DNA of 64,000 nt from Octopus sinensis (GCF_006345805.1 NC_043006.1:71300001-71364000); one strand, 5' to 3'; shown: positions 52,479 through 63,435, numbered from the stretch's first letter. Numbers and translations: made by a program. The notes: a model not told the origin generated them from the sequence alone.

Positions 52479-52524
52479 CCACCTGATGAATGTCCATAGA
52501 AGTGACAAGAAACGATCGTAGTGG
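52479..52524 (+). ncRNA. Minimal type I hammerhead ribozyme motif (right arm of palindrome)
   Basis: CCAC-CTGATGA-aTGTC-catagaagt-GACAa-GAAA-C-gatc-GTA|GTGG. Helix III is the palindrome ACGATCGT. Confidence 0.7.
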
Positions 52525-53063
52525 ATATCTTAATTATATTTAATTTATATAAAATTTTTTATGTATTGGATTAAGTCTTTCTTTGTTTGATTTGCATAAT
52601 AGTGGTTTTGTCTCTAATTAATATTATATATATATCCAGCACTTAAGAATGACCATATAGATAACATTAATTTTTTTCATGTATATAATTATAAAGATAT
52701 AATTATAGTTAAGGTCCATCACATTTATCCTTTTTACCAGCTAAGTAGACTGGAACAACGGGAAATGAGGTTTTTTGCTCAAGAACACAATGCATCACCC
52801 GGTCCAGGAATTGAAACCACAATCTTATGATCATGAGTCCAACACCCTAACCACTAAGCCATGTGCCTTTACACACACACACACGTATGTGTGACAAGCT
52901 TTTTTTGTTTTTCCATCTACCAAATCCACTCAGACAAGATTTTGGTCATCCAAGGTTATAGTAGAAGACACTTGCCCAAGCTGCAATGCAGTGGGTCTGA
53001 AGCTGGAACCATGTGGTTGGGAAACAAACTTCTTAACAACACAGCCATACATCTCATATATAT

Positions 53064-53594
53064 ATCATCATCATCATTTAGCGTCCGTTTTCCATGCTAG
53101 CATGGGTTGGACGGTTTAACTGGGGTCTGTGAAGCCGGAAGGCTTCATCAGGCCCAGTCAGATTTGGCAGTGTTTCTACGGCTGGATGCCCTTCCTAACG
53201 CCAACCACTCCGCGAGTGTAGTGGGTGTTTTTTACGTGCCACCTGCACAGGTGCCAGACAGAGCTGGCGAACGGCCACGAATGGATGGTGTTTTTACGTG
53301 TCACCGGCACGGGGCCAGGCAATGCTGGCAACGGACACGAACGGATGGTGCTTTTACGTGCCACCGACACGTAGCCAGACAGAGCTGGCAAACGGCCACG
53401 AACGGACGGTGCTTTTACGTGTCACCTGCACAGGGGCCAGCCGAGGCTGGCTACGAACACGAACGGATGGTGCTTTTACGTGCCACCGACACGGAGCCAG
53501 ACAGAGCTGGCAAACGGCCACGAACGGACGGTGCTTTTACGTGTCACCTGCACGGGGGCCAGCCGAGGCTGGCAACGAACACAAACGGATGGTG

Positions 53595-53632
<38 letters not shown>

Positions 53633-53760
53633 CAGCTGTAGAAACACTGCCAGACTAGACTGTAGCCTGGGGCAGTCCCGAGCTCCCCAGACCCCGGTCG
53701 AAACTGTCCAACCCGTGCTAGCGCGGAAAACGGACGTTAAACGATGATGATGATGATGTG
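53064..53760. mobile_element. RTE-tail element with an expanded minisatellite of about 61 bp, fused back-to-back through (TA)n with an inverted tail copy
   Basis: Minus-oriented tail at 53064-53222, six repeat units at about 53223-53596, (TA)n, then a plus-oriented tail at 53628-53760. Confidence 0.8.
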
Positions 53761-53766
53761 TGTGTA

Positions 53767-53820
<54 letters not shown>

Positions 53821-54385
53821 TGCATTTTATATATATGTATATATATTGGCTCCTGTGCCAATGGCACGTAAAAAGCACTCACCACACTCTTGGAGTGGTT
53901 GGCGTTAGGAAGGGCATCCAGCTATAGAAACATTGCCAGATCAGATTGGAGCCTGGTGCAGCCTACTGGTTTGCCATTCCTCAGTCAAACCATCCAACCT
54001 ATACCAGCATGGAAAACAGATGTTAAACAATGATGATGATGATGGTATGTATAATATGGAGAGAATAGGCACAGGCATGGCTGTATAGTAAGAAGATTGC
54101 TTCCCAACCACATGATTCTCAGTTCAGACTCGTTGCATTGCAACTTGGGCAAGTGTCATCATCATCATCATCATCGTTTAGCGTCCGTTTTCCATGCTAG
54201 CATGGGTTGGACCGTTCAACTGGGGTCTGTGAAGCCGGAAGGCTTCATCAGGCCTAGTCAGATCTGGCAGTGTTTCTACGGCAGGATGCCCTTCCTAATG
54301 CCCTTCTACTGAAACCCTGGCCAATCAAAATCCTGTGAGTGGAATTGGTTGACAGAAACTGAAAGAAGCTCATCATATATATGCA

Positions 54386-54416
<31 letters not shown>

Positions 54417-54849
54417 GCATGTGTGTTGGTATCTCCTTGTTTTGATATTGCTTGATAGTTGTGAAATGAATATCACTGTCATACAAGCAGTGTCACTCAG
54501 GTCCAATATTCCGCAAAAACATGCCTGGTCATGGAAAAATATTACCTTGCTTGGAAACAGGTGAGGGGCGGCAACAGGAAGGGCATTCAGACATAAAATA
54601 ACTGCCTCAATAAACTCCTGGCTCATGCAAAACATAGGAAGGTGGATGTTAAAATGATGTTGATGATGATATATAATGGAGGAAGTGTATATAATGAAGA
54701 TGTATAATGGCTGCAGTAAATATGTATTGAGGCTGTGTAATGAAAACAGGGTGTTGGGTGTGGGTCTATATTTGAGTAATTACATTAAAGGCAATCATTC
54801 TGCACTTACTTTTTCTTTGTGTGTGTTAACTGATCTTTTTATTTTGTAG

Positions 54850-54975
54850 GTGTTAGTTGCAAGTACGAAACAGGATGGTTCTATACGAGATCCTCGAGAA
54901 GAGGAAAAACTTGTTCGGTTGTTTGTCATAGTTCCGAAGACATATTCTGAAGAGGATGTTCGTACAGAATTCGAG
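54850..54975 (+). CDS. RBM45: RBM45 coding exon 3 (VLVASTKQDGSIRDPREEEKLVRLFVIVPKTYSEEDVRTEFE)
   Basis: TTTTGTAG acceptor and GAG|GTAATC donor. 126 nt, phase 0/0. Matches the RRM1-RRM2 linker and RNP2 (RLFVIVPK.Y.EED). Confidence 0.93.
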
Positions 54976-56862
54976 GTAATCAATATTTCTGTTCTCTTTT
55001 AAATTCTCTCTCTGTCATCAACCACATCTCTATGTCACTACCTCTCCCTCTTTCTCTATCAACCTATTTCCCTTTACCAAGTTGGTTTATGTATACCTAG
55101 CTTAGATTTTATATATAAATATCTATTTTTCTTTATCCAGCTTGGTTAATGCTAATTGCCATCAGGCAACTTCTCCATGCATCTTGGCTAATATAACCTC
55201 AGTGCACTTTTCTTTACCCAGCTGGAGCAATATACTGATAGAATAAATCTCTCATAGTTTTAGGTTTTTTTTTGTTGTATGAAAACATAAGTACTCAATA
55301 CAGCTTTAAAAGTGTGTGTGTGTGGTCTTATATATTTTTGCTAAATTACATGAAATAAACAGTTTTATCAGTCTTCTGTGGTCCATCATGCACGTCACAG
55401 TTATTGCTTTCAAATGTGTTCGTGTATAGTCAACTGATCATGGCTTAGCAGTATTATTACCCTGTCCATCTTGCCTAAAGCCATACATACTGACATAGCA
55501 CTTCTCAGCCTTTTATAGATCAGTGACTCTCTTCACTGGATTTCATTTTACAAATGCTTCCTCCACATGTTTTGAAAAAAAAATTATAATAAAAGATACC
55601 AAGTTATTTGATTGAAGTAGAAGCAAATTTTGTACATCCTCAGACAAGATCAAGAAAGGGATTGTATGGTGGCAACCTGAGGGGAAAGGAGCAGCAGGGC
55701 ACTCTAAAAATTCTTTATGGTGAAGGACCATTCTTTTCTACTTTAGGCACAAGGCCTGAAATTTTGGGGGAGGGAGCCAGTCAATTAGATCAATCCCAGT
55801 ACGCAACTGGTACTTAATTTATCGACCCCGAAAGGATGAAAGGCAAAGTCGATCTTGGCGGAACTTGAACTCAGGACATAAAGACAGACAAACTACCGCT
55901 AAGCATTTCACCCAGCATGCTAACATTTCTGAAGGACTATTGACAAGGAAAGTAGAAAAGAAGGGTGGAGAAGCTGGGATGAACAGTGGCAAAAAACAGC
56001 TGATTGAGGAGATTGTCTTGCAGCCATATGTACCTCATGGCATGGCAAAAGCTAACTGACCAATTAATCTTATCATCTGTTCTGTTTCTGTTCAACAATA
56101 ACAATATCCTACTCATATACTAATCTTTGCAATGTTTTTTTTCATGTTGCTGGTGCCACATAAAAAAAAAACACTGGTGCTGGTGCCATGTAAAAAGCAC
56201 TGATGATGGTTCCGTGTAAAAAGGACCCAGTACACTCTGTAAAGTGGTTGGTGTTAGGAAAGGCATCCAGCTGAAGGAACTAAACCAAAACAGACTATGG
56301 AACCTGGTGTGGCCCCTGACCTTGCTAGCATCTATCAAGCCATTCAACACATGCCAGTATGTGTGTGTGCGTGTGTATGTATATACATAGGTGTAACTAT
56401 ATGGTTGAGAAGTTTGCTTTGTGGTTATGGGTTCAGTCTCACTGCATGGTGTCTTGGGTGGGTGTCTTCTGCTGTAGATCCAAGCTGATTAGAGCCTTGT
56501 GAGTGGATTTGGTAAGATAGAAACTAAAAGAAGCCCATTTGTGTATGTGTGTGTATGTGTATATTCATATATATGTGTATGCATGTATGTATGTGTGAGT
56601 GTGTGTATGTTTGTGTTTCCTTGTCTTGACATGATGTGATAATTGTAAATGAATGTCAGTCATACAAGCAGTGTTGTTCATTTCCAATACTCTGCAAAAA
56701 CATGTCAGGCCATGGATAAATATTACCTTGCTTGGGAACAGGTGAAGGTTAGTGACTGGAAGGGCATCTGGCCATAGAAAGTCTGTTTCAATAAACTCCA
56801 CCCAGCCCATGCAAGCATGGAATAGTGGACATTAAAACAGATATAATGATGTTAATGATATA

Positions 56863-58527
56863 TAGGGGTTGGACAAAATAATGGAAATACCTTAAAATTT
56901 CAAACAAATTAATTTTAATATGGGGTAGAACCGCCTTTGGCAGTAATTACAACTTGAATTCTACGAGGTATGGACTCGTACAAAGTTCAAATTGTTTCCA
57001 AAGGAATTTTTGTCCATTCTTCAGCTAAAGCAGTCTCCAGTTCTTGTAATGATGCTGGTGGAGAATATCGACTCCTTACTTACTTTTCTAAAATGTACCA
57101 CCATTGTTCAATAACATTGAGATCTGGGGACTGTGGTGGCCAAATAAGATGTTCAACTTCACTAGAAAGTTCCTCGTGCCATTCAGTAACAAATTTAGCT
57201 GTGTGAAATGGTGCATTATCATCCTGAAAGATTGCGTTTCCCTCTGGAAACAGTTCCGCAACCTTAGGGTGAATTTGATCAGATAAAATGCTTAAATAGT
57301 CTTGACTATTAATTCTGCCATGAACGGAAACCATTGGGCTGGTGGATTTCCAAAATACAGCCCTCCCCCCCACTCCCAGATCATCACAGTTGGAAGAAGG
57401 CAGTCTGGGTCAAATGCTTCTTTTGGTTGTCTCTACACGTATACTCGGCCAGTGGTCAGAAATAAGGTAAAGGATGACTCATCTGAGAAAATAGCATTCT
57501 TCCACTAGGGACCAATTTTGTAGGTTTTTACTTCACTCTAAACGCTTTGCAACGTTTGTTTTTGAAAGTAGTGGTTTTCTGATTACAGCCCTTCTGTGAA
57601 ATCCAGCTTTGTGCAGCTCTCGGTGAACAGTTTTTGTGGAAACTGGGTTCTTGAGGTGGTCATTAACCTCTGCAGTAATTTTGAGAGTTGTACTTTTGTG
57701 ATCCTTTCTAACAATTTGTGTAAGAGTCTGATGGTCCCTGTCTGAAAGTTTTGGTTTTCTTCCAGAGTTTTGTTTCAATGAGGAGGTTTTTCTCTCTTTC
57801 TCAAAGGCTGTCATTACTTTCAAGACAATACTTCTTGATACACCAAACATTTCAGTTGTTTCCATTACACTAGTGCCTGCCATACGAACAATTTGACCTC
57901 TTTGAAAGTCTGATAGATCTGTCATTTTAATGAATTTTAATTACCTTTTTCTGATGATATATGAAAAGAAATAGCAATTTTAGCAAAACATATTAAGCAA
58001 CACTAATAATAAATCAAAAAATATAAAAATAAACAAGCTTTTGACAGTTTTATAGATATTTCAAAATTATGATGCTATGATCAACATCAATGGTAATTGT
58101 AGCTGTGATACCAGTGCCGATGGCATGTAAGAGAGCCATCCGAACGTGGCCGTTGCCAGCGCCACCCCAACTGGCCTCCGTGCCGGTGGCACGTAAAATG
58201 CACCATCCGATTGTGGCCGTTGCCAGCCTTGTCTGGCCTCGTGCCGGTGGCATGTAAAAAGCACCATCTGATCATGGTCGTTTGCCAGCTTCATCTGGCA
58301 TCTGTGCAGGTGGCACATAAAAAGCACCCACTACACTCACGGAGTGGTTGGCATTAGGAAGGGCATCCAGCTGTAGAAACACTGCCAGATCAGACTGGGC
58401 CTGGCGCAGCCTTCTGGCTTCCCAGACCCCAGTTGAACTGTCCAACCCATGCTAGCATGGAAAACGGACGTTAAACGATGATGATGATGATGATCCTCGG
58501 TGTTTCCATTATTTTGTCCAACCCCTG
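56863..58527 (-). mobile_element. Full-length inactivated Tc1-type transposon with DD36E spacing; transposase pseudogene 57925-56915; RTE-tail insertion at about 58075-58495
   Basis: 29-bp TIRs (C/T)AGGGGTTGGACAAAATAATGGAAA(C/T)ACC with TA TSDs. The N-terminal HTH ORF is 57533-57925. FQDDNAP...WPPQSPDLNVIE has 36 residues between D and E. C-terminal AKGGSTPY*. Confidence 0.9.
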
Positions 58528-58810
58528 TATATGTGTGTGTGTGTGTCTGCCTGTCTGTCTGTAGGGGCATTTTACATCCTACTTTCCAAACTTGTATAGA
58601 TAAAATGATTTATTTGTTGGGGTGGAACCTGTTTACCTGAAATTAAAAACAAATACAATCATTAGTGAGAACAAGCCAGAGTGAATGTTTTGTATTCAGG
58701 GGTGTAAAACATTGGATAGTAGTGTTAATAAGATTTGAACTCCTGACCATGTAGAAACCAGTGGTTTATCACCTTAAATTTATAACCTCTATCTATTTGT
58801 TTATTTGCAG

Positions 58811-58937
58811 AAATTTGGAGACATTGAGTCCGTGACTGTGCTAAAAGATCGGAAGTCTGGTGAATCAAAAGGATTCGGTTATGTGAAATATTACCGACCT
58901 TACCATGCTGCACTGGCCTATGAATCATGTGACCCAG
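58811..58937 (+). CDS. RBM45: RBM45 coding exon 4 (KFGDIESVTVLKDRKSGESKGFGYVKYYRPYHAALAYESCDP)
   Basis: TTTGCAG acceptor and CAG|GTAAGT donor. 127 nt. Contains RRM2 RNP1 KGFGYVKY. Confidence 0.95.
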
Positions 58938-60384
58938 GTAAGTGTCATAATTAACTCCTTTTTTTAATTAATGAATGGAAGAGCAAGGTATGGCCTATGA
59001 ATCTGAAGGAAGTGAACCTTAGACAGTGGGGTTCACAGAATGCATTTGTAAGTATTTCAATTCGTCGTTATTTTCTGTCCTCTTTTCTACGATAACATAG
59101 CTTGGATGCTTGTTTTGTTGCCATCCCTTTTAGTCGTCCCTTTCAACATAAAGATGATGATGATTTTATGTATCTCTAGAATTGGTGTTATGGGGGCTGG
59201 TTGATTTTCTAATTCTAAGTATGCTTTATTGGGATCTGTTCGTGCAGTTGCTCAGAGTGTTTCTTATGAGGTTAGAATATCCTTAATTGTTTTAACATCC
59301 CCTTTGCCATGCTCGCATGGGTCAGGCAGAATCTTTTGAAGTGGGTTTTCCTACAACTAGACTTCCCTCCTCTCCTTAATGTTCACCTGTTTCCAAATGA
59401 GTTAATATTGTCCCAACGGAGTAGATTCTTCTAAAAGTATTCATTGACTTTAATAGCGTTAAACCGGACAACAAATCAAGTCTCCCACCCCAGAACACTA
59501 ACAACCCCTCTGACGAGCTTCTATGGGGTCTCCTTCTGTTAAATTTCATTTGGAAGACTTCAAATAAAGCTGAGGCTATAGTAGAAGACATATATATCTA
59601 AAGTACTCTGCAATAAGGTCAAACTTCACTTCACATTATTGCAAACAAACTTCTTAACTTCTCAGGTATGTTGTGCACATAACATCGCTGATGGTGTTTG
59701 GTGGGGTGAGGGTGGAGAGCAACTCATCTAGCAGTGCCCTGTGTCTGGCACCATTGATACGATGGATAGTCTAGCTGTGTTTCTAATCGTGTTGTGATAA
59801 GATATGGCTTATTCAGGTCAAACATGCACATATACTTACTGTCTCTCCTCCTCCCTCACTCTCACAAACACACGGCATATAACCTACTTTGTATTGCTTT
59901 GTTTCGGATTAGAAGACTTATGTACAAGTATGTATATCAGTGTGTGAGGCACATCTACTTATTCCAGTAGTACAATCCAGTATTTAATTGTTGTTGTATT
60001 GATGTGAGGTACCTACTAGACTACCCGTGACCCATTGGGTCACCTGGAAAGTCTGAGTTTCCCAGCAATGGAGTTTTGTTTGATGGTTTGTTTTTTGCCT
60101 TTTCCAGGTTATTTCGCATGCTTTCAGCGAATGTGACATCAAAATCACACGTAAACAGCTCCTTTCCCTGGAAAAGGAAAGATTTGGCTATTTATTGCAC
60201 AACCTGCTACCACGTGACAGGTATTTCGGGTCCTATATCGCAAATAGCTGTTACCTGGTAGCAGGGCATGCTAGAAATAGCAGCCAAATCTTTGGAACTG
60301 AGATACGTTGAATGCACTCAAAAAAATTTTTGTAATGGTAGTTGCTGTTGTTGTGTTGATGTGAGGTACATACATTCTGGAAAT

Positions 60385-60693
60385 ATTGTTAGCAGAGGAA
60401 TCTGGTAAATTTTTTGGTATTATTAATTCACCATTATACTGTTTCATTTGCTAATAGGAATCACAAAATTGTACATGTTGGATAAACATGTAAGAAGTCT
60501 CCTTCTATATATTCTTCAGACAGAGAATCAAATAATACGATACCAATAATATTATTTGATTCTCTGTCTGAAAGATTTCTAATCAGAAATTTTTTACTGG
60601 TTTGTCCAACACATACAATGTTGTGATTCTTATTAGCAAATGAAGCATTCGTAATGGGGAATAGATAATACCAAAAAGTTTTCCAGATTCCTG
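60385..60693. repeat. Imperfect foldback of about 310 bp in RBM45 intron 4, with a partial third copy at about 61478-61570
   Basis: Perfect inner arms at 60515-60537 and 60550-60572. Outer homology includes GGAATCTGG..AA.TTTTTGGTATTAT...TTCATTTGCTAATA.GAATCACAA. Confidence 0.8.
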
Positions 60694-60719
60694 TTTTGTT
60701 ATACATGTACGTTTGTGTA

Positions 60720-60790
<71 letters not shown>

Positions 60791-60800
60791 ATATACATAC

Positions 60801-61204
60801 TCTTTTACTTGTTTCAGTCATTTGACTGCGGCCATGCTGGAGCACCACCTTTAGTTGAGCAAATCGACCCCAGGACTTATTCTTTGTAAGCCTAGTAATT
60901 ATTCTATCGGTCTCTTTTGCCGAACCACTAAGTTGCGGGGATGTAAACACACCAGCATCGGTTGTCAAGCGATGTTGGGGAGACAAACACAGACACACAA
61001 ACATATACACATACATACATATATATACAAATACATATATACGACGGGCTTCTTTCAGTTTCCGTCTACCAAATCCACTCACAAGGCTTTGGTTGGCCCG
61101 AGGCTATAGTAGAAGACATTTGCCTAAGGTGCCACGCAGCGGGACTAAACCCGGAACCATGTGGTTGGTTAGCAAGCTACTTACCACACAGCCACTCCTA
61201 CGCC
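60801..61204 (-). mobile_element. Young full-length SINE, same family as 11376-11770, in RBM45 intron 4
   Basis: The reverse complement aligns end to end with 11376-11770. Confidence 0.85.
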
Positions 61205-61833
61205 TATATATATATATATATATATAAAAGGAAAGTGAGATCACTGCCATAGCCTACACCAGTGTCGCATAACTAACCCATTTAAAAAATACCTTTGAAT
61301 CGTTGGGTGACATCAAATTACAATCAAATGGAAATTGTAGTTGTGCCTGTTACCAGTGCTCGTGGCATGCAATAAGCACCATTCATGCATGGGTTGCTGC
61401 CAGATCCGCTTGACTGGCTCCCCATGCCAGTGACACATAAAAAGCACCATCCAAATGTGGTTGATGCCAGAGTTGAACATTCTGGAAATATTGTTAGCAG
61501 AGGAATCTGGAAAATTTTTTCGTATTATTTATTATTCACCATTACACATGTTTCATTTGCTAATAGGAATATTTAGTTATATTCATATGCGAGAGTGTAG
61601 AAATATATTGTATGTAATTTATGTGTAAGTGGCATGTTGGGTACACAGTGGTCTGTATGTCAATCACACACCAGCCTATGTTGGGTCCCATGGTGGCTTG
61701 CATGTCAGTCACACTGCAGCCTTCATGGCAGCCACTCTTTGTTCTGTATCTCATACCCAGGTTAAAATTGAAAGATTAAAAAAAAAAAACCCTTATGTTT
61801 TACATATTGTTTTTGTTTCTTTTTATTCAAAAG

Positions 61834-61983
61834 TTTTCAAGCCACGGTTTGCCGAACCTAAAATCCCACGCCATGAAAGAGAATATGATCACAATGGTGG
61901 TGGCGGCGGTGGTGGTGGTGGAGGAGGAGGAGGAGGAGGAGGAGGAGGTGGAAGTGGTGACTACTACGACTATATGGACCGAG
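61834..61983 (+). CDS. RBM45: RBM45 coding exon 5 (VFKPRFAEPKIPRHEREYDHN-G19-SGDYYDYMDR-G)
   Basis: Long pyrimidine tract with AAAG acceptor ending at 61833 and donor G|GTATGT at 61984. 150 nt, phase 1/1. F...AEPK closes RRM2. Confidence 0.88.
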
Positions 61984-62125
61984 GTATGTTGTATCTCTCT
62001 TTGATTATTAGTACTCTGCATTACACCAATCAAGAGTGTGTTGTAGTAATTTTTGAATAGTGGGTGATAGTAGTGGTAATAGAAGTCTATTATTTTTATG
62101 GTGGTATCTATGTAAATATAACCTA

Positions 62126-62500
62126 AACAAGAGCACTCAGAGAGTGCTAACCTCTACCAAAGCAACACCAACATCCTCTCAACAATTAGCTGGAGATGAT
62201 TTTTAAAATGAGAATATCTGTAATAAACTCAACTGCTCTCACAAACGAGAACACTAAAAATGAACCTGACTGCTCTCAAAAATTAAATTTTAAAAAACTG
62301 GAAAAATAATCCAGAATCCTTGTCTAGTACCAGATTGATTCTAAAATCTAATCAGCTCATGCCAGTCACCAAGCCAAACATCCCTGAATGTTTCATCTGA
62401 ATCCATCCAGCAGTTCTTGAGATATCTTTTCCACAGACAAACAAACAAATAAACACAACTGCAAACAATACCTCTGCCTTCACTGAGGTGGAGGTAATAA
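62126..62500 (-). mobile_element. Helentron-associated (HINE/DINE-1-like) non-autonomous element
   Basis: The minus 5' end TTATTACCTCCACCT-cagtg-AAGGCAGAGGTA forms a hairpin, followed by a (GTTT/GTCT) microsatellite. The 3' end has hairpin GCACTC-tct-GAGTGC then TCTTGTT. No TSD seen. Confidence 0.55.
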
Positions 62501-63435
62501 AAAAACTACCTGACTCACTAACGTCTCAGCTATTTCCACTGTTTACTGGTTTGGTGATGTTGAGGGAGAATTGTTGTGTTTGAAACAGTGTTCATTTGCA
62601 GTACATGGTAGAATTAATGAATTCATGATGTAACTGAGAAACTTGTGGTGAGGGAACAGTGGAATGGATGCATGAGGGTGAACTGACCCAGTGAATAATA
62701 TACTGTATTTGCTGCTGCATAAAATACACTCTTGCATAAGACATGTCCCTACTTTTTGGTGCTGGTTAATGCAGTGCAGTCACCAAGCAGTTCTGAGTTC
62801 AATCCCAGGCATGGCACTTAGGTGAATCACAAGACACCTGAAGAAGGCTGGTGCATACAACAGCTGAAACAGTGAAAACAACAAAAAGATGAGGACACCA
62901 GTCCAAATTATGTAAACAATGTACACAAATTTAATATAACTCTTTAGCTTGTTTCAGCTTTGAAGCTGTGGTCATGCTGGGACACCACCATTAATATGTT
63001 TCATCAGACACTCATACACTCGATATTCCATCCATATCATTGCTTTAGAAGTGTGGCAATTTGTTTTTTACATTTAAGAATATATTTTATATACTGGTAT
63101 TGCATTGCTAACATCAATTTTAGCTTTGTTGTTATTAATAGGAAAATGTATTTGTGCGTGGCAGATTGAAAAAACAAAAGTATATAATCCCAGGGCAACA
63201 TCAGTGAATTTGGTATTTTATCAGTGACTCATTATCACTTCAGGCTTGCCAGTGGAGTATTAGCACTAGTATATTGTACCAGCATGGTGTTGGAACTGTC
63301 AGTACTTTATCAGTGCCAGTGTATGATAATGCAAGATAATGGGAGATGTAAGATGGATTCATTTATATTTGTGAAAAATACTTTTAGTTGTTCATTTATT
63401 CTGAAACTTCTGCTATCAAATTGGTTATTTTGCAG

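Larger units (their letters stand above)
52206..52629. repeat. Near-perfect palindrome (179-bp arms, 1 mismatch) with a 60-bp internal tandem duplication; PLE terminal-repeat derived
   Basis: Arms at 52206-52384 and 52451-52629. 52340-52399 is repeated at 52400-52459 with 1 mismatch. The sequence is homologous to 15380-15600. Confidence 0.92.

Noticed and set aside
53223-53596. CRISPR-like array of hairpin-containing repeats
   Set aside because: There are no unique spacers, since whole units are homologous. There are no cas genes, the context is eukaryotic, and the array is part of an RTE 3' UTR.
61795-62033. Poly-Glu and poly-Ser ORFs
   Set aside because: They are alternative frames or the opposite strand of the Gly-coding (GGA)n tract. 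Only the Gly frame fits the RBM45 splice phases.
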